DNA from: Nemertoderma westbladi
Taxonomy: Eukaryota; Animalia; Xenacoelomorpha
Length of the DNA stretch: 64,000 bases
NCBI GenBank assembly: GCA_032718475.1
Contig: JAUCBJ010007030.1
Coordinates: 62,001-126,000, forward strand
Direction of reading: 5' to 3'
Position 1 is the first letter of the stretch; every line of letters begins with the position of its first letter. The notes beneath the pieces were generated by a model, which was not told the origin of the DNA, searched no databases, and saw nothing but the letters and a program-made list of their open reading frames with translations. This document shows, piece by piece, positions 48,991 through 62,521 of the stretch. Position numbers and translations under genes: made by a program.

Positions 48991-49054
48991 CTGATTCCAC
49001 ATTCAAACACAATCCACTTATAACAATGGTAGCTATTAGTACACCAATCAACAT
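48991..49054 (-). CDS. CUB gene exon 1, signal peptide MLIGVLIATIVISGLCLNVES
   Basis: ATG, hydrophobic core, phase-1 donor CAG|GTGGGT; phase fits the first CUB exon. Confidence 0.7.
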
Positions 49055-49282
49055 TGTGTTACGAAATAGGAATTTGATTCTTGTTATTAAAAAGATTAAA
49101 GTAACTTTTGAGTATTTAAGTAGAAAATGTGATATTTGAGTACTCAAGTAAAAATAATATCTCCATAGCAACCACAATCATGCTTTGTCTATGAAGAAAT
49201 GAGGGGGGTGTCCGGACAATTGCGACAGTTTGATAAATTTTCTGGGTCCCAATTGTCCGGACATTGTATATTTATATAATTA

Positions 49283-51919
49283 CTAGAAAGCCTGTGGCCC
49301 TTCGGGCCACAGCTTTCTAGTGCACGTGCAGATGATATATGAATATGTGTGGGAGATTTGAGAACTGCATACGGAACAGACACCATCATTAAATAAAACA
49401 CCACCCCCATAAGATATAACTGTCAAGTTTCAACTTTAGGCAGATTGTAAATAACAAAATTTCCAGAAAATGATCACTTTCAGATCCACCCTCTACCTGC
49501 GGACTGGTGAAATGTAGACGGCGCTGCAGTTTGGTAAAGATGGGGTTTATGGTGAAGTAAAATCCCTGCCTTTCAAGTTTCAGCTTAAACAGATTGTAAA
49601 TAACAAAATTGGTGTAGATGTTCACATTCAGACATTTCACCCTCTAGCGGTAGACTGAAGAACTGTAGACGACTCTGGGACTCCGTAAAGATACAGAATA
49701 TGCTGTAGTAGATTCCTGCCAAGTTCCAGCTCAATAGGATTAAAAAGAACCAAATGGGATGAGGTGTTCACTATCAGATATTTCGCCCTCTAGCGGCAGA
49801 TACGGACTGTATAGAACTCTGTGACTCCGTAAAGGTACAGCCTATGCTGCAGTAGAAGCCTACCAAGTTTCAGTCTAAACCGTTAGTAAATAACAAAGTT
49901 GAAGAAGATGTTAACTTTCAGACATTTCACCCTCTAGCGGTAGACTGGGGAAGTGAATAGGATTCTGCAACCCCGTAAAGATACAGCCTATGATGTAGTA
50001 GATACCAACCAAGTTTCAGCTCAAAATGATTAAAAAGAACCAAATGGGAGGAGGTTTTCACCATCAGACAATTCGCCCTCTAGCGGCTGACTGTGGAACT
50101 GTAGATGACTCTACTACTCCGCAAAGATATAGCCTATGCTATAGTAGATGCCTACCAAGTTTCAGTCTAAAAGGATTGTAAATAACAAAGTTGGAGGAGA
50201 TGTTAACTTTCAGACATTTCGCCCTCTAGCGGTAGACTGGGGAATTGTAGACGACTCTGCGACTCAGTAAAGATACAGCCTTTGCTGTAGTAGATGCCTA
50301 CCAAGTTTCAGTCTAAACGGATTGTAAATAACAAAGTTGGAGAAGATGTTAACTCTCAGACATTTAGCCCTCTAGCGGTAGACTGGGGAATTGTAGACGA
50401 CTCTGTGACTCAGTAAAGATACAGCCTTTGCTGTAGTAGATGCCTACCAAGTTTCAGTCTAAACGGATTGTAAATAACAAAGTTGGAGAAGATGTTAACT
50501 CTCAGACATTTCGCCCTCTAGCGGTAGACTGGGGAATTGTAGACGACTCTGCGACTCAGTAAAGATACAGCCTTTGCTGTAGTAGATGCCTACCAAGTTT
50601 CAGTCTAAACGGATTGTAAATAACAAAGTTGGAGAAGATGTTAACTTTCATACATTTCGCCCTCTAGCGGCAGACGCGGGTACTGTAGACAACTCTGCGC
50701 GACTCAGTAAAGATATAGCCTATGCTGTAGTAGATGCCTACCAAGTTCAGTCTAAATGGATTATAAATAACAAAGTTGGAGAAGATGTTAACTTGCAGAC
50801 ATTTCGCCCTCTAGCGGTAGACTGGGAAATTGTAGACGACTCTGCGACTCAGTAAAGATTCAGCCTATGCTGTAGTAGATGCCTACCAAGTTTCAGTCAA
50901 AACGGATTGTAAATAATAAAGTTGGAGAAGATGTTATCTCTCAGACATTTAGCACTCTAACGGTAGACTGGGGAACTGTAGACCACCCAGTGACTCCGGA
51001 AATATACAGCCTATGCTGCAGTATATAGCTACCAAGTTTCAGCTCAAAAGCATTAAAAACAACCCAATAAGATCAGGTTTTCACTATCGGATAATTCGCC
51101 CTCTAGCGGCAGACGGGGGAACTTCAGACGGCTCTGAGTATTACGTTGCAACGAGTTAGGGCGAGACCTATCTAACGAGCTATAGTAAGCGAGATTTCAT
51201 CGAGATTAGATGTATAATATTAGATAACATAATAATACAGTAAGTATAGGCCTATAGAAATAATTATTTTTACTTTTAATATTCATAACAGTAAAACAAA
51301 AATGTTATAAACCTCTCCTTCCATGCAGCCAATGATTGAGAAAGCAGAATTACTACAACCCAAACCCACCCCAATCAACACTCCAGCCTGCTTGCTCCTT
51401 ATCTGTGCCCAGCCAGCTAGCTGCGAGTTCAATAATTACCTTAAGGTTGCTACAGAAAACAATCCTTCCCTATTCAATAACAATAGGCCAATTCGATCGT
51501 GCTTGGCGAATATGACATATTTATACACTATTTGTTTTTTAATCAATAAATAATCATACATATTTATATTAAACACTCGAATAAAATAAATACTTTGTGA
51601 GAATGGGACACGGCGAATCTACCCATGTTAATTTTATACCAGGTGGGATAAATGTTAGCCCTCTAAATCATTAATTACCGATAGAAGAACCGAAATAATT
51701 CGATAAATTTCGCCCGAAAATCACGAAAATCGCCCTCTAGCGGCAGACGGGCGAACTTCAGACGACTCTGAGTATTACGTTGCAACGAGTTAGGGCGAGA
51801 CCTTTCTAACGAGCTATAGCAAGCGAGATTTCATCGAGATGGGTTCGATTGTATAGCCGATGACAAACACACAGACAGACTGACTGACTGACAGACAATC
51901 GATATTTATATATATTAGA
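49283..51919 (-). mobile_element. Non-autonomous Helitron with an internal 146-bp tandem array
   Basis: Minus strand A|TC start at 51919, GC hairpin CTGTGGCCC-GAA-GGGCCACAG before the terminal CTAG|T at 49283, (CTGT)n microsatellite near the 5' end. Confidence 0.8.
49400..51130. repeat. ~146-bp tandem repeat (about 12 units)
   Basis: GCCCTCTAGCGG recurs at 50221, 50367, 50513 and onward. Confidence 0.92.
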
Positions 51920-52789
51920 TACTCATTTTGATTACTGTATAAATGTAGCTATCTCTTAATATATGTAGGGAGAGCCTCACCCCACATTATGTCAATGTTA
52001 TATTCTGGGATGATTTTATTTGTTGTGATTTGAGACTGTAATTACTATAGACTACATCTATAGACTATAGGCTATATTTAATTTACTGTAACATAGCTGG
52101 TGGCCCAAAATTATTCGCAATTTTATATTCTAGTATGTTTACAATTAAGTTTTTATTGTTTTAACTGTTGCTCTAAAAAATCAAAAGTGTTGGGGTTGGC
52201 GCATATCCCTATTATTGAATTGTGTGTATATTTTTGCGGTTCTTATAACCTGCACAGATTCGTTTATTGTTTTGGTTAGATTCACAAACTGGTGATTCAT
52301 AAATAAGCTATTCAGTTTTGTTATTCCAGGGACGTGTGGGGTGATCATTGATGAGCTAATATTTATGGAACCACCCATAACAGTAGTCTGTATAGCCCTA
52401 TATATGCATTTGCTAATTCATAAATAACAACCTAATGTTTGGATTTACTAGGAAATTTTATTGAAATATAATTTACTTGTAATACCCTACTACTTATTCA
52501 GTACGTTTTATAATGATATATTTGTCTTGAATAAAGAAATATCATTGGTGGAAATTATATGCGCACACACAATGTTAATGGCTGGGTTCGTATGCAAATT
52601 ACTGTGTTAATAAGTTGTACAATTTGTCAGTTAAATTCCATTGGAAGAAATATTAAAATGCTGTGGATTGGATATATTTTACGGCAAAACTATGAATGAT
52701 AAAGGCCTACTGTAGGCCAAAGTTTAATTTGAATTACTGCATTGCTCACCCCACAACCATAACTAGTGCTACATATTATACAGTTTTGG

Positions 52790-53992
52790 CGGTGTTCGGA
52801 CACTTCCCCCCCGGACACTTCCCCCTCGGACAGTTCCCCCCCGCTCAAGTAGGACACTTCCCCCCCGGACACTTCCCCCCCAGACACTTCCCCCCCGCGG
52901 ACACTTCCCCCCCCCCCCCCGACTGTTCTTAACTTCGCACATTCGTATTTTTCATTTTGTAAGGTAAACGGACCGCTTGTATCCAGATAAGTTGTATCCA
53001 ATTTTCCTTTCGTAGCTCAGAAAGTGATCTTTTGCATCCCGATTTTACATTTTATATCCAAGTTTTATTTATGGGTTTTATCAATGCAATTACATCGTAT
53101 TGTTTGCTAATCTTTAAACAATTAATTATATTAGATGACCTATAAATTCCATCCCCGGAATGATATACTGTTTTTATTAACTATAGAATTATAATAATTA
53201 ATTGTTTTAATTATAGGTATTATTATGTAATAGTCTTCTTCAAATTGTAGCAGATGGGGATGAATATTATTGTTGCAATCAAAATTATACCTCTCCAGGG
53301 TAAAATCGACATGCATCGACCTGTATTCTGTGTTCAGCATTACATATTGATATATATATTACTACTATACATACTATATAGATATTATACACACTACATA
53401 TTAAATTTCCTGGTTACTTGCAATATTTTTAATAGGATTTTGTTGAATTATATAATATTGTAGTAATTTATATATTAAATTGGTTAACATTCAATACAGC
53501 TCCTACTTTAGGCTTAGTCAATTTATTATCTGATGATACAAACATGAATTAATTATTTCAAAGTGGTCTCAAGTCTTTCACCACGGGCACTCAGGGAAAT
53601 GCCGGGGTCTGGGGCGATAACCCCCAATAAAAGAAGCGGAAGCGGGGGTTTGGGGGCGGCAGCCCCCAACAAAAGAAGCGGGGGTTTGGGGGCGGCAGTC
53701 CCCAATTAAAAGAAATTAAAAGAATTAAAGGAATTAAAAGAAAAACAAACAAAATTTGACTATAAAAATGTTTCTTTTATAATTTTGAAAAAACTTGTCT
53801 AGATACAACTTGTCCTGTAACCATCTTTAACTTTTGTTTATTGCTTTGATGCACCCAGATTAATTTCAACACTTTAACTGGGGGGAAGTGTCCGGGGTGC
53901 AAGTGTCCGGGGGGGAAGTGTCCTACTTGGGCGGGGGGGAAGTGTCCGGGGGGGGGGGGGGTAAGTGTCCGGGGGGGAAGTGCCCTAGATCC
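52790..53992. mobile_element. Non-autonomous DNA transposon with repetitive inverted ends
   Basis: (GGACACTTCCCCCC)n at left and (GGGGGGAAGTGTCC)n at right. Confidence 0.75.
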
Positions 53993-54214
53993 AGTTTTAG
54001 CACTTCGATACACCTATATTATATCAGGTTTTTTGTTATCTTACCAGTTATATTACTTGTGGAGTAAAGATACATCTTGATTTATCTTCATAACACCCCT
54101 AGGGATGTTATAATTGTTATATGTTCTAGAATAATTTACTAGCTATCCACATTGTTCTAAAGGGGTTTTGCTTGGGATAGAGCTCAAAAAACAGAGGCCA
54201 TGGACCACCCCGTA

Positions 54215-54395
54215 GAGTCCCTCGTTGTTAGTGAGTGAGGGGTCCACGGTCCCTATAATGGAGGCCGCATTGCCGACCAGGATGGCGATTGCAAGCCTTT
54301 GCAGGAGGAAGCGGTGTGATCGGGGTTCCTGGGTGACAGAGTCACCCAGTCTTGTCCCGATCTCCTTCAGGAAGTCGGATGTTTCAGGGATGTTT
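54215..54395 (-). mobile_element. CRE-like retrotransposon C-terminal fragment
   Basis: DFLKEIGTRL....EPRSHRFLLQRLAIAILVGNAASIIGT. Confidence 0.6.
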
Positions 54396-55462
54396 CGGAA
54401 GTTTTTAAACTAAAACATATAAATAAATTACACCTAAAATCCCAATTTTACTGTGTGAAAAATTTTCGCTAACATTAGTGGAAATGATTACATCTCCCTG
54501 AAGTATTTTTTTATAATTTTATATATATATATATATGTATATTTTTTTGTATCAGTTACCTTAAATAATATATCGGTAATTTTTTGATATACTTAAAATT
54601 TTGTTACAATTTGTTTGCGACCTTCTAGTTACCGAGATATAGCAACTAATGTGTAATAAAGATGTTTCTTCGCAGTTTATTTTCAATTTTGATGAGCTGT
54701 GGATTCTCCTGCTGCTGAATAGATTTATTTGTAGACAAGACTGCCGGAATAAATACTATGCCTTATTATATTGTTCATGTTTTTGATAAATAAACAATTG
54801 ATGATTAATCCATAATGTAGAATAAATTGTAAACACTCGATACTGTATTAAAAACTCTTCATCATTCACAATCTAACAACATTGTACAAATTGTATTAAT
54901 TTATCAAATTTTTAAAATGTTTATGTTGTGAAGGCTGAAAGGTATAAAAATAATTTAAGGGGCTTAAAATGATATGGAACCACCGAAGACCTGTCCAAGT
55001 CACTCCACTCCACGGTTTATAAGTTTAATTTTCCAATGTATTGACAAACAGGTGGCCTTAAAGGAAGGAGGGGTGGGGGGGTACCATCATAGTGACTGTA
55101 GTTAGTTGTTGTAGTACATACAAGCTGCAGTCTTGCTACCTACCTTCGTTTATACCGCTATTTTTCAAAATAATCTTCAAATTTTCAAAAAAGCACTTTT
55201 TTTCGTAAAAAATGTTATATCAGATGAACAAATTAAAAATTAAAAAATCTTCTCGAATTTTATTATTGCGCACAATACTAGCTTTCATTTCTGACTCGGC
55301 AAAAAGCACCCCCAACCCCCACAATGGATCACATTAGTAAAGTGGAGATCGTGGAGGTCCGGCTACTAGAGGCCAGTGGAATTACCGGACACAATTGGCC
55401 TCACAGGGGTCAGTTATCTCCTGACCGGCTGCCTGTCTCACACGTAATGTTAATTAATTGTA

Positions 55463-55693
55463 ACGGTATTGGTGGAAGTGTCTCAGGAATTCTTAGCCCG
55501 CGAGTATTCTTAGCCTGTGGGTATTCTTAGCCCGCAAAACAATAACGTTTATTGTTTTGGTTCCCCCAATACGCCTCTGAAACCTGCTCCTTTAATAACC
55601 TGCTCCTTTACTAACTCGCGGACTAAGAATACTCGCGGGCTAAGAATACTCGCGGACTAAGAATACTCGCGGGCTAAGAATTAACCCAACCGG
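55463..55693. mobile_element. MITE with repeated inverted ends
   Basis: TTCTTAGCCCGCGAGTA / TACTCGCGGGCTAAGAA repeats. Confidence 0.65.
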
Positions 55694-55694
55694 T

Positions 55695-56852
55695 GGAATT
55701 GGTCTATTGATGAATCCAACTGCACATGCAGCATTGGACAAAATAGACCAAATCTCTAAACGCATCATCCGTTGCCACTTATCATCATGTTCTGGAAGAC
55801 TGGCTAAGAAGTTTCCTAAGGTGGTCCTGATTGTGTGCTAATCTCCAACTAGTGTTGCCCCTGTAGAGGAGGTGGAAAATTTCTGATAGAGTGGATCAGC
55901 ATGCATTCTTAACATTCCTGGGAGACTTTAATAAGTCTGCATCAATCACATATATCGCCCTGGGTCTATAAGTTAACCGAAATTCCGTCATCTTCAAGAT
56001 TACATCTCTGGAAATGGATTGTTTTCGGCTGGAACCCAGTTCAAGAAGCGAACTGGAAAGCTATGGATTCACAGTGGACCCAGTGGTCACAAGTCCCAGA
56101 TAGACCATATTATGTTTCGTAGGAAATACAGAGGAGCTCTATACAAGACTGTAATACATTTACAATTCGACCCTTCTCCAGGACTGGTCCTATTTTTTGC
56201 AACAGCTCAGTGTGAGATCCAGCGTCATACTGCAGCTGAGCAACAGGTATGAATCTCTTGTCTCTGAGGCGGCAGATCACTGCGAGGGCTATACATACAG
56301 CCTTCACAGAAGCAGTTAAGTTAGCAGCTGCAGAAACAGTTCCTGTATACCCTCGAATAAGGAAAAAAGCCCCCTGGACTGACCACAAAATTCGGAAGTG
56401 TCGAAATGACCTCTATAAGGCGCAGAAAGAGTCCCGACTCAAACAGACTACAGCGGCCAAGAATGCAGTTAAGGCTGCATCTAGGTCCCTGAACAGGCAG
56501 TACTCTGTTAATCTACAGGAGCTAATAAACCAACAGGTTGATGCCATCAATGATGCTGATCCCAGGCATGGAAATCAATCAACTTGCTGACTGGGTGGAA
56601 AAGCCAACCAACCACCAAGGTAAAGGCACAATCACCAGCCGATCGCCTCAATGGTTGGAAGGCCCACTTTGAAAAGCTCCTCAATAGTGACAGGGTATTG
56701 CTTGATAACTTTATAGAAATAAAAGTGTCTGAGTCTGTACTCACAGATATTCCCATTCGCGATATCGCCTTTGCTGAAGTGAAGGTGGCTGCAAAGAGCA
56801 TTAAAACCAATCGTGCCAGTGGAGTAGATGGTGTCCCCCCTGAGGTCTTTAA
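55695..56852 (+). mobile_element. RTE-type LINE middle fragment
   Basis: LGDFN, SQIDHIM, WKAHFEKLLN, RASGVDGVPPEVFK. Confidence 0.8.
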
Positions 56853-56854
56853 AG

Positions 56855-57539
56855 ACAGATCAGGAAGAGCAGGAAGATCAGGAACTTCAGGTGAAGATCA
56901 GGAAGAGGACGAAGAAAGTGAAGGTCAGGAAGAGAATGAAGAAAGTGAAGAACAGGAAGAGGATGAAGAAAGTGAAGAACAGGAAAAGGATGAAGAAAGT
57001 GAAGAACAGGTAGAGGATGAAGAAGTGAAGAAGAGGAAGAGGATAAAGAAAGTGAAGGTCAGAAAGAGGGTGAAGAAAGTGAAGATCAGGAAAGTGAAGA
57101 AGAGGATGAAAATGATAATAATAAGGAAATATTGAGACAATTACTTGGAAATAATAATAAATTGCGGAAAATTATTAAACATTTAGAAGAGAATGATGAA
57201 AATAAAGAAGAGATATTGAGACAAATATTAGGAAACAAAAATCAAATGCGGAAATTTATTAAAGAAATGGAAGAAAATGAGGAAAATAGAGAAGAGATAT
57301 TAAGACAGGTTCTGGGAAATAAAAGTAAATTACTGAAAATTAATGAACAATTGAATAAAATTAACAAACAGTTGGGTAATGAGGAAGATGAAAGTAAAGT
57401 ATATCAACCAGCTTTTACTAATTTTCGAAGACCTATGATAAAAAAACTCTCGTTCAGTATATGCCCGCGCAGGACGACGCTATTGACATTTGTTTGTTTG
57501 AGTTCCTTTCATAATAGTATTAGGACTATTTATCCATAA
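56855..57539 (+). pseudogene. Coding-like fragment: Glu/Asp-rich repeat followed by 3 x 28-aa helical repeats
   Basis: EEDEESEEQ repeats, then EILRQ(L/I/V)LGN three times; one frameshift near 57023. Confidence 0.4.
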
Positions 57540-58238
57540 CAAGTATATATTAGTATTAGGAGTATTTATCCATAACAATTATATTAGTATTAGGACTATT
57601 TATCCATAACAATTGTATTAGTATTAAGAGTATTTATCCATAATAATTATATTAGTATTATAAATGCATTTAACCACAATATTTATTACTATTAGGTCTA
57701 TTTATTCAAGAAATTATATGTTTTTTATAATATACTTTAGAAAATTAGTCGACTAAGTCATAATTTTTAAAACTTTAAATAAGGGTTGAGTTATTTTGTA
57801 AAGTTAAGGTGTGAACCAACAGAGGCAACCTTAAGTCTAATCTATTGGCCCTTACTCATAAGACAGCGCATTAACTCCCAAGGTTGCATACTATCACTAT
57901 AGCTGGGAGAGTCAAAGCTAGTGTACACTACACTAGAGTCAGCCAAGAGCTAGGAAAAAAGAATAATGCTCTTCTAGGGTTCGAACTCACGACCTTCTAA
58001 TTAGAAAACTAAGCAAATGATCAGCTTGAAGGCCTTAGACCCTTAATCTGAGGCATCGAGCAGCCAACGAGAGAGCAGATGCGAGTACAGTGGTAAAGCC
58101 CATCCATGGTGAGATAACATCACACTAACTCTCAAGGATAGTTATACTCCCCATTCAAATATCCCTCGCTAACCAGATTCCCCCCCAGCATCTAAAGTAT
58201 TCCACTTCAATGCAAAATATATAGAGCTCTAGTATAGC

Positions 58239-58880
58239 ATGTACCTAACTGATCTAGACTTTGCTGATGACTTTGAAGTACTTTCAGAATCGCTAGTAGA
58301 GGAATTCCAACGGCCCCTTAGCTCATTAGAACATGCTGCTTCTAGTGTTGGTCTTTTTATTAACTCCAGAAAGACCAAAATTTTGACAGTCAACTTTGAA
58401 AGTCCTCAGCAAATCTCTGAACGGACTAGTATAAGATCAACAGATGGTATGCTTGAGCATGTGGACGACTTTTGCTACCTGGGATCATGGATCCGGAAGT
58501 CAGGCGAGGACCGTTGAATACGTAAGGGAAGGGCATGAGATCATTGTGTGACTGGGCTTTCCAGGATTTGGAAGTCACACAGAATTCACCGGAAACATAA
58601 GTTTCGACTATTTGGAGCAGCGCAGTAGTTACCAGTACTCCTCTATGGGAGTCCATGCTGTGCTCTAACTGCTGAGGACACCAAATCTCTGGATGTCACA
58701 TTCACATGAATGCTACGCCGGGTTAACTGCGTCAAGTACAATGCACATGCACAAATCTACAACCAGACACTATATAATATTGGAGGTGTCTCATTGGTTC
58801 CCCAAAGCGTGACACTAGAATAAAGCCGCCTCCGTTTTGCAGGACATTGGTTTCGCCGTGAGGATCAGCTTAAAGGACAC
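58239..58880 (+). mobile_element. RTE-type LINE RT/3' fragment
   Basis: LTDLDFADD, VGLFINSRKT, VDDFCYLGSWI, LRFAGH. Confidence 0.85.
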
Positions 58881-61837
58881 TGGCCTTGGAGATGCGGATA
58901 TTTACCGAGCACCAGCAAGGTTAATGAATGATGGAGAGATAAAAAAATGTTCTACGTTTTTTTCACATATCATACGTAATTTAATTCTTAAATTGGTATT
59001 TTGTGTTGCTAAATTCTTTAATAAAAGATAGCGATCGATGTACTGTAGTGTTATAAAATAAATTGAACTGCAGTATTTTACTATAATGCTTCCCCTCCTG
59101 ATGCTACCTTACTCAATGTTAAATAATTTAGTGTTCTGGAATATTCATTACGTAAGTAGAGAGCCGCTTAACAACCATATAAAGCAACATTGGACATTGA
59201 GTTCCTTTTTTTAAGATAAAAAAGTAAAATCAAAGCAATGCTATGGGTTCACTCCTTTTTCCCGATTTTGGGGTAGGCCTATATTCGAGAAAAAAAGTTA
59301 CAATTTAAGAATAAAAATGTTTTAGGGTAAATAGTAGGTAGTATTATTTAATTTGAAATTGGTTCAAAATCACCTCAATTCATTATAACTTTGTTACGTT
59401 AAACTTCTAATTTTAATTTAAAAAGTGAATATTTTAAAGAAAACAACATATTTTTCAAAAACAAGGTAGATTTATCCCCTTTGTAATCCGCATTTACTCG
59501 AAATAGTAAAAACATTTTTTCCTTTGCCTCGAAAAATATCAAACTGTACTTTTTCTATTCCCGAAAATGCGGATTAAAAGGTCTGACAGAAAAAAGGTAC
59601 TTTCCTTATTTTTAAAGAACGATTCTTTCATACTGTACTTTCTTTGTGTAAGATAATATCTTGGGTTATACATGTAAGGGCAGTTGGTTAGAATCTTACC
59701 CCTTTGGTAAAAAAATATGTCGAAAATATCTTTATGATCTACTATAATGAGCGATTAAATGATGTTTCCAAACCTGAAAACTGCTATTTAATACCTCTTT
59801 TAGTTTTCAAGTTATAACAATTTCCATTTAGGGAGACCTATAGAAATTACTATGTAAAGTATTAAAAAAAAAAAAAAATTAAAATCAAATATTTTATTTA
59901 TGAAATTGTCAACTTCAAAACCCTACTACTGTACTGTAGGCCTAAAGACCACCTTCATCAAACGACTTATCGGCTTGCATATATCCTCTTCCTCCACTCT
60001 TGCACTTAGACTAACTAACCAACAAACCTTCATCAACGACATTCTACTCAACACCCACATACAATTAAAACTCAGACGTTCTAGAACTCTACAAACAACA
60101 TCGATCTGATCGCAACGAAAATTTCAACCAACAACTCTACCAATTAGGACCGGTATTTAAGTCAAAATCTAGGAAAAACAGTAACCAGAAAAACCGACAT
60201 TTAATAACCAGATTTACATCCCACGGCTTCCATCACAGACTCTGTTTAACAACCTCTTCGCCCTTACTTGCCCACAGAGCCCCCCTTTATCTACTATAAC
60301 CAACCTCTAGCTACCTTATAAATTATTTTAAGAATTAAATTAAATATATTTTATAGTATTGCTGATTTAACCCGACTGGGGGTGTATAGATTAATATTAA
60401 AAAAAACCCTACTACTTCTACAATTTTTGAACAATTAGTCTGAAAATTTATGTAATAATAATAATAATATAAATAATAATAAATAATTTATAAATTTATG
60501 TTGCCTCCCTGCATAAAAGTATCAGACAACTTTTTTTTATTTTTCTTTGTAAATAAAATCTAATATTTATAACAAACCTAAAAAAATAGCATAAATTTGA
60601 GGCGCCACCTAGCGGTGCAGAATTATTTTCACACAATTTCGCATTATAGTTATATGTTGCCCCATCTTTGATCTATCATATAAAACGTGATAGGTACATG
60701 TAATTGTGAAATACAGTAGTTACATAGTGTGTTTAGTGTTTAAACGGGATCATATTATCTTACACTTCTGAAATATTAGAAATGGGCCGTGCACAAATGA
60801 TGTCACGGTATAAGAAGGGGAGGGGGGGGGGGTTGCAATTTTGTGACATGGTGGAGGGAGGGGGGGGGGGGGGGGGGGGAGAGTAGCTATACTTGTGACG
60901 TCACAATAGCACTTTGGTGAACAAATAAAATACATTTTACCAATACAAAACTTAGTACGATGATAAAATATATGATTCCGATATATGATTAAATATATGA
61001 TTAATATATGGAGATAAAGTTATATTCAAATAATTTTGCAATTGATTATTGGGTGGTTTACTGACAAAAATTCGATATAATCAAAACATTTCCGTTTGGC
61101 TGCTACTATTTATCAGATCTTCAAGAAATTTACTTAACTAATTGTAGGCCCACATCGGGATCCCGGTCTAAAAAGGTCGGGCCGGGATTGCATTATTCGC
61201 CGGCATCCCGGTTTTACGGGATCGGGATTCCGTTTAGACACTAGTGTGTATTCGAATACTGGACATACATGGTAAATGTATAGCGTGCCACATAAAGTTG
61301 GAAAATATGTCGCCCTGGCGATTTAGTGGTGCGAAATTAATTCCATACAAATAAATAAATATACATTAATCTGTTCTGGAACAATATATTTATCTAAATG
61401 TAGTTGGGCAATGCAACACTGCAATCCCTATAATATTACTATAACGTAGTCTATACCATACTAAGACGTCCTAAACTATAGTTTATGAGGCCTTGCTCTA
61501 GACATACATAAAACAATGTTCCAGAATATGGTGTGTTTATTAAATTGAATAAATTGCCACTCGTAGACGCAAAGCCACGCAACTTTCAAACGCCCATATT
61601 ACAACTATTTTACGACGAAATTCAGATTGTGTTACATATTTGGAATCCTTGCATAGCCCGGTTTCTATTGGTACCAAAAAACCTCGGGGGAGAAGAGGTG
61701 AGACAATCTCTGTTTCAAATATCATTTCATGCAATATCATTAAGATTTAAAGAAAAATTGGAGGGGGGGGGGGGGGGGGGGGGTCACTGAATTAAGATAT
61801 TATATTCCAGGTTATGTTGTACTGCAACATAAATGGA

Positions 61838-62521
61838 TCACTCAGGAGTCGCATACTCTTCATTATTTGTTTCGAAATGAAACTTATACAACGGATCTTC
61901 ACGTAGTTTCCGGGCTCTAGCTAGCAGTCTGTCTCTGTCTATGTGGTGAGAGTTGAGTCGACTAGCTAGACTGGCAGCTTGTACGCAGCCATCGGCGAGT
62001 CCGTAATCGCAGGACTTCATATAATATTGGAGGCTCTTCGATAAGTCCTTCGTCAGGGATCCATCACCCTCGAGATTCGCCCGTTTATATAAATTCGCGA
62101 CAGCGAAACAGGATTGGTTGTGTTTCAAGGAGGAATCGCAAGATTTTAAGAAGTAGGCGAGAGCGCGGGAATAGTTAGTAGCTGAGGCGACCCCAGCCCT
62201 GTAACAGACCCTGAGGTAGCCCTGCTCCAGACACGATATATCAGCGTATTGCAACCCGAGCATCCGTTCGCCACGCTCTAGGTAGGCTAACGCTACCTTC
62301 CCGCAACTGCGTCGGTGTCTGTAGTTGTCGCAGTTTGCACGATGTAGACGCAAAGCTTGGTCTGGGTCGCGTTTGTGCGTTCCCGTGTGCTCCGCCATTA
62401 AGCAACACGCCTCACTGTCGTTCTCGTGCAAACAACCCATCTCGAATTCCTCACCAACTATTTCGATTATTGCTTCCAAATCTTTGGGATTTGAGGGGTC
62501 TAGACCACCGACACCTGTCAT
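61838..62521 (-). CDS. COA7: Cytochrome c oxidase assembly factor 7 (Sel1-like repeat, Cys-rich), intronless CDS
   Basis: 227-aa ORF with the COA7 pattern GC.HEND.EAC..., NCD...H..SC.K, repeated K(S/A)CD...(S/G)C units. Confidence 0.85.
   Translation of the reverse strand: MTGVGGLDPSNPKDLEAIIEIVGEEFEMGCLHENDSEACCLMAEHTGTHKRDPDQALRLHRANCDNYRHRRSCGKVALAYLERGERMLGLQYADISCLEQGYLRVCYRAGVASATNYSRALAYFLKSCDSSLKHNQSCFAVANLYKRANLEGDGSLTKDLSKSLQYYMKSCDYGLADGCVQAASLASRLNSHHIDRDRLLARARKLREDPLYKFHFETNNEEYATPE

Larger units (their letters stand above)
2583..49054 (-). other. Gene model: secreted protein with signal peptide + 3 CUB domains (8 exons, ~397 aa)
   Basis: Exons 49054-48991, 31169-30991, 25355-25196, 23962-23793, 8127-7929, 4773-4589, 2930-2762 and 2650-2583 have GT/AG boundaries with compatible phases (1,0,1,0,1,0,1) and join into a 1194-nt open frame. 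Confidence 0.82.
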
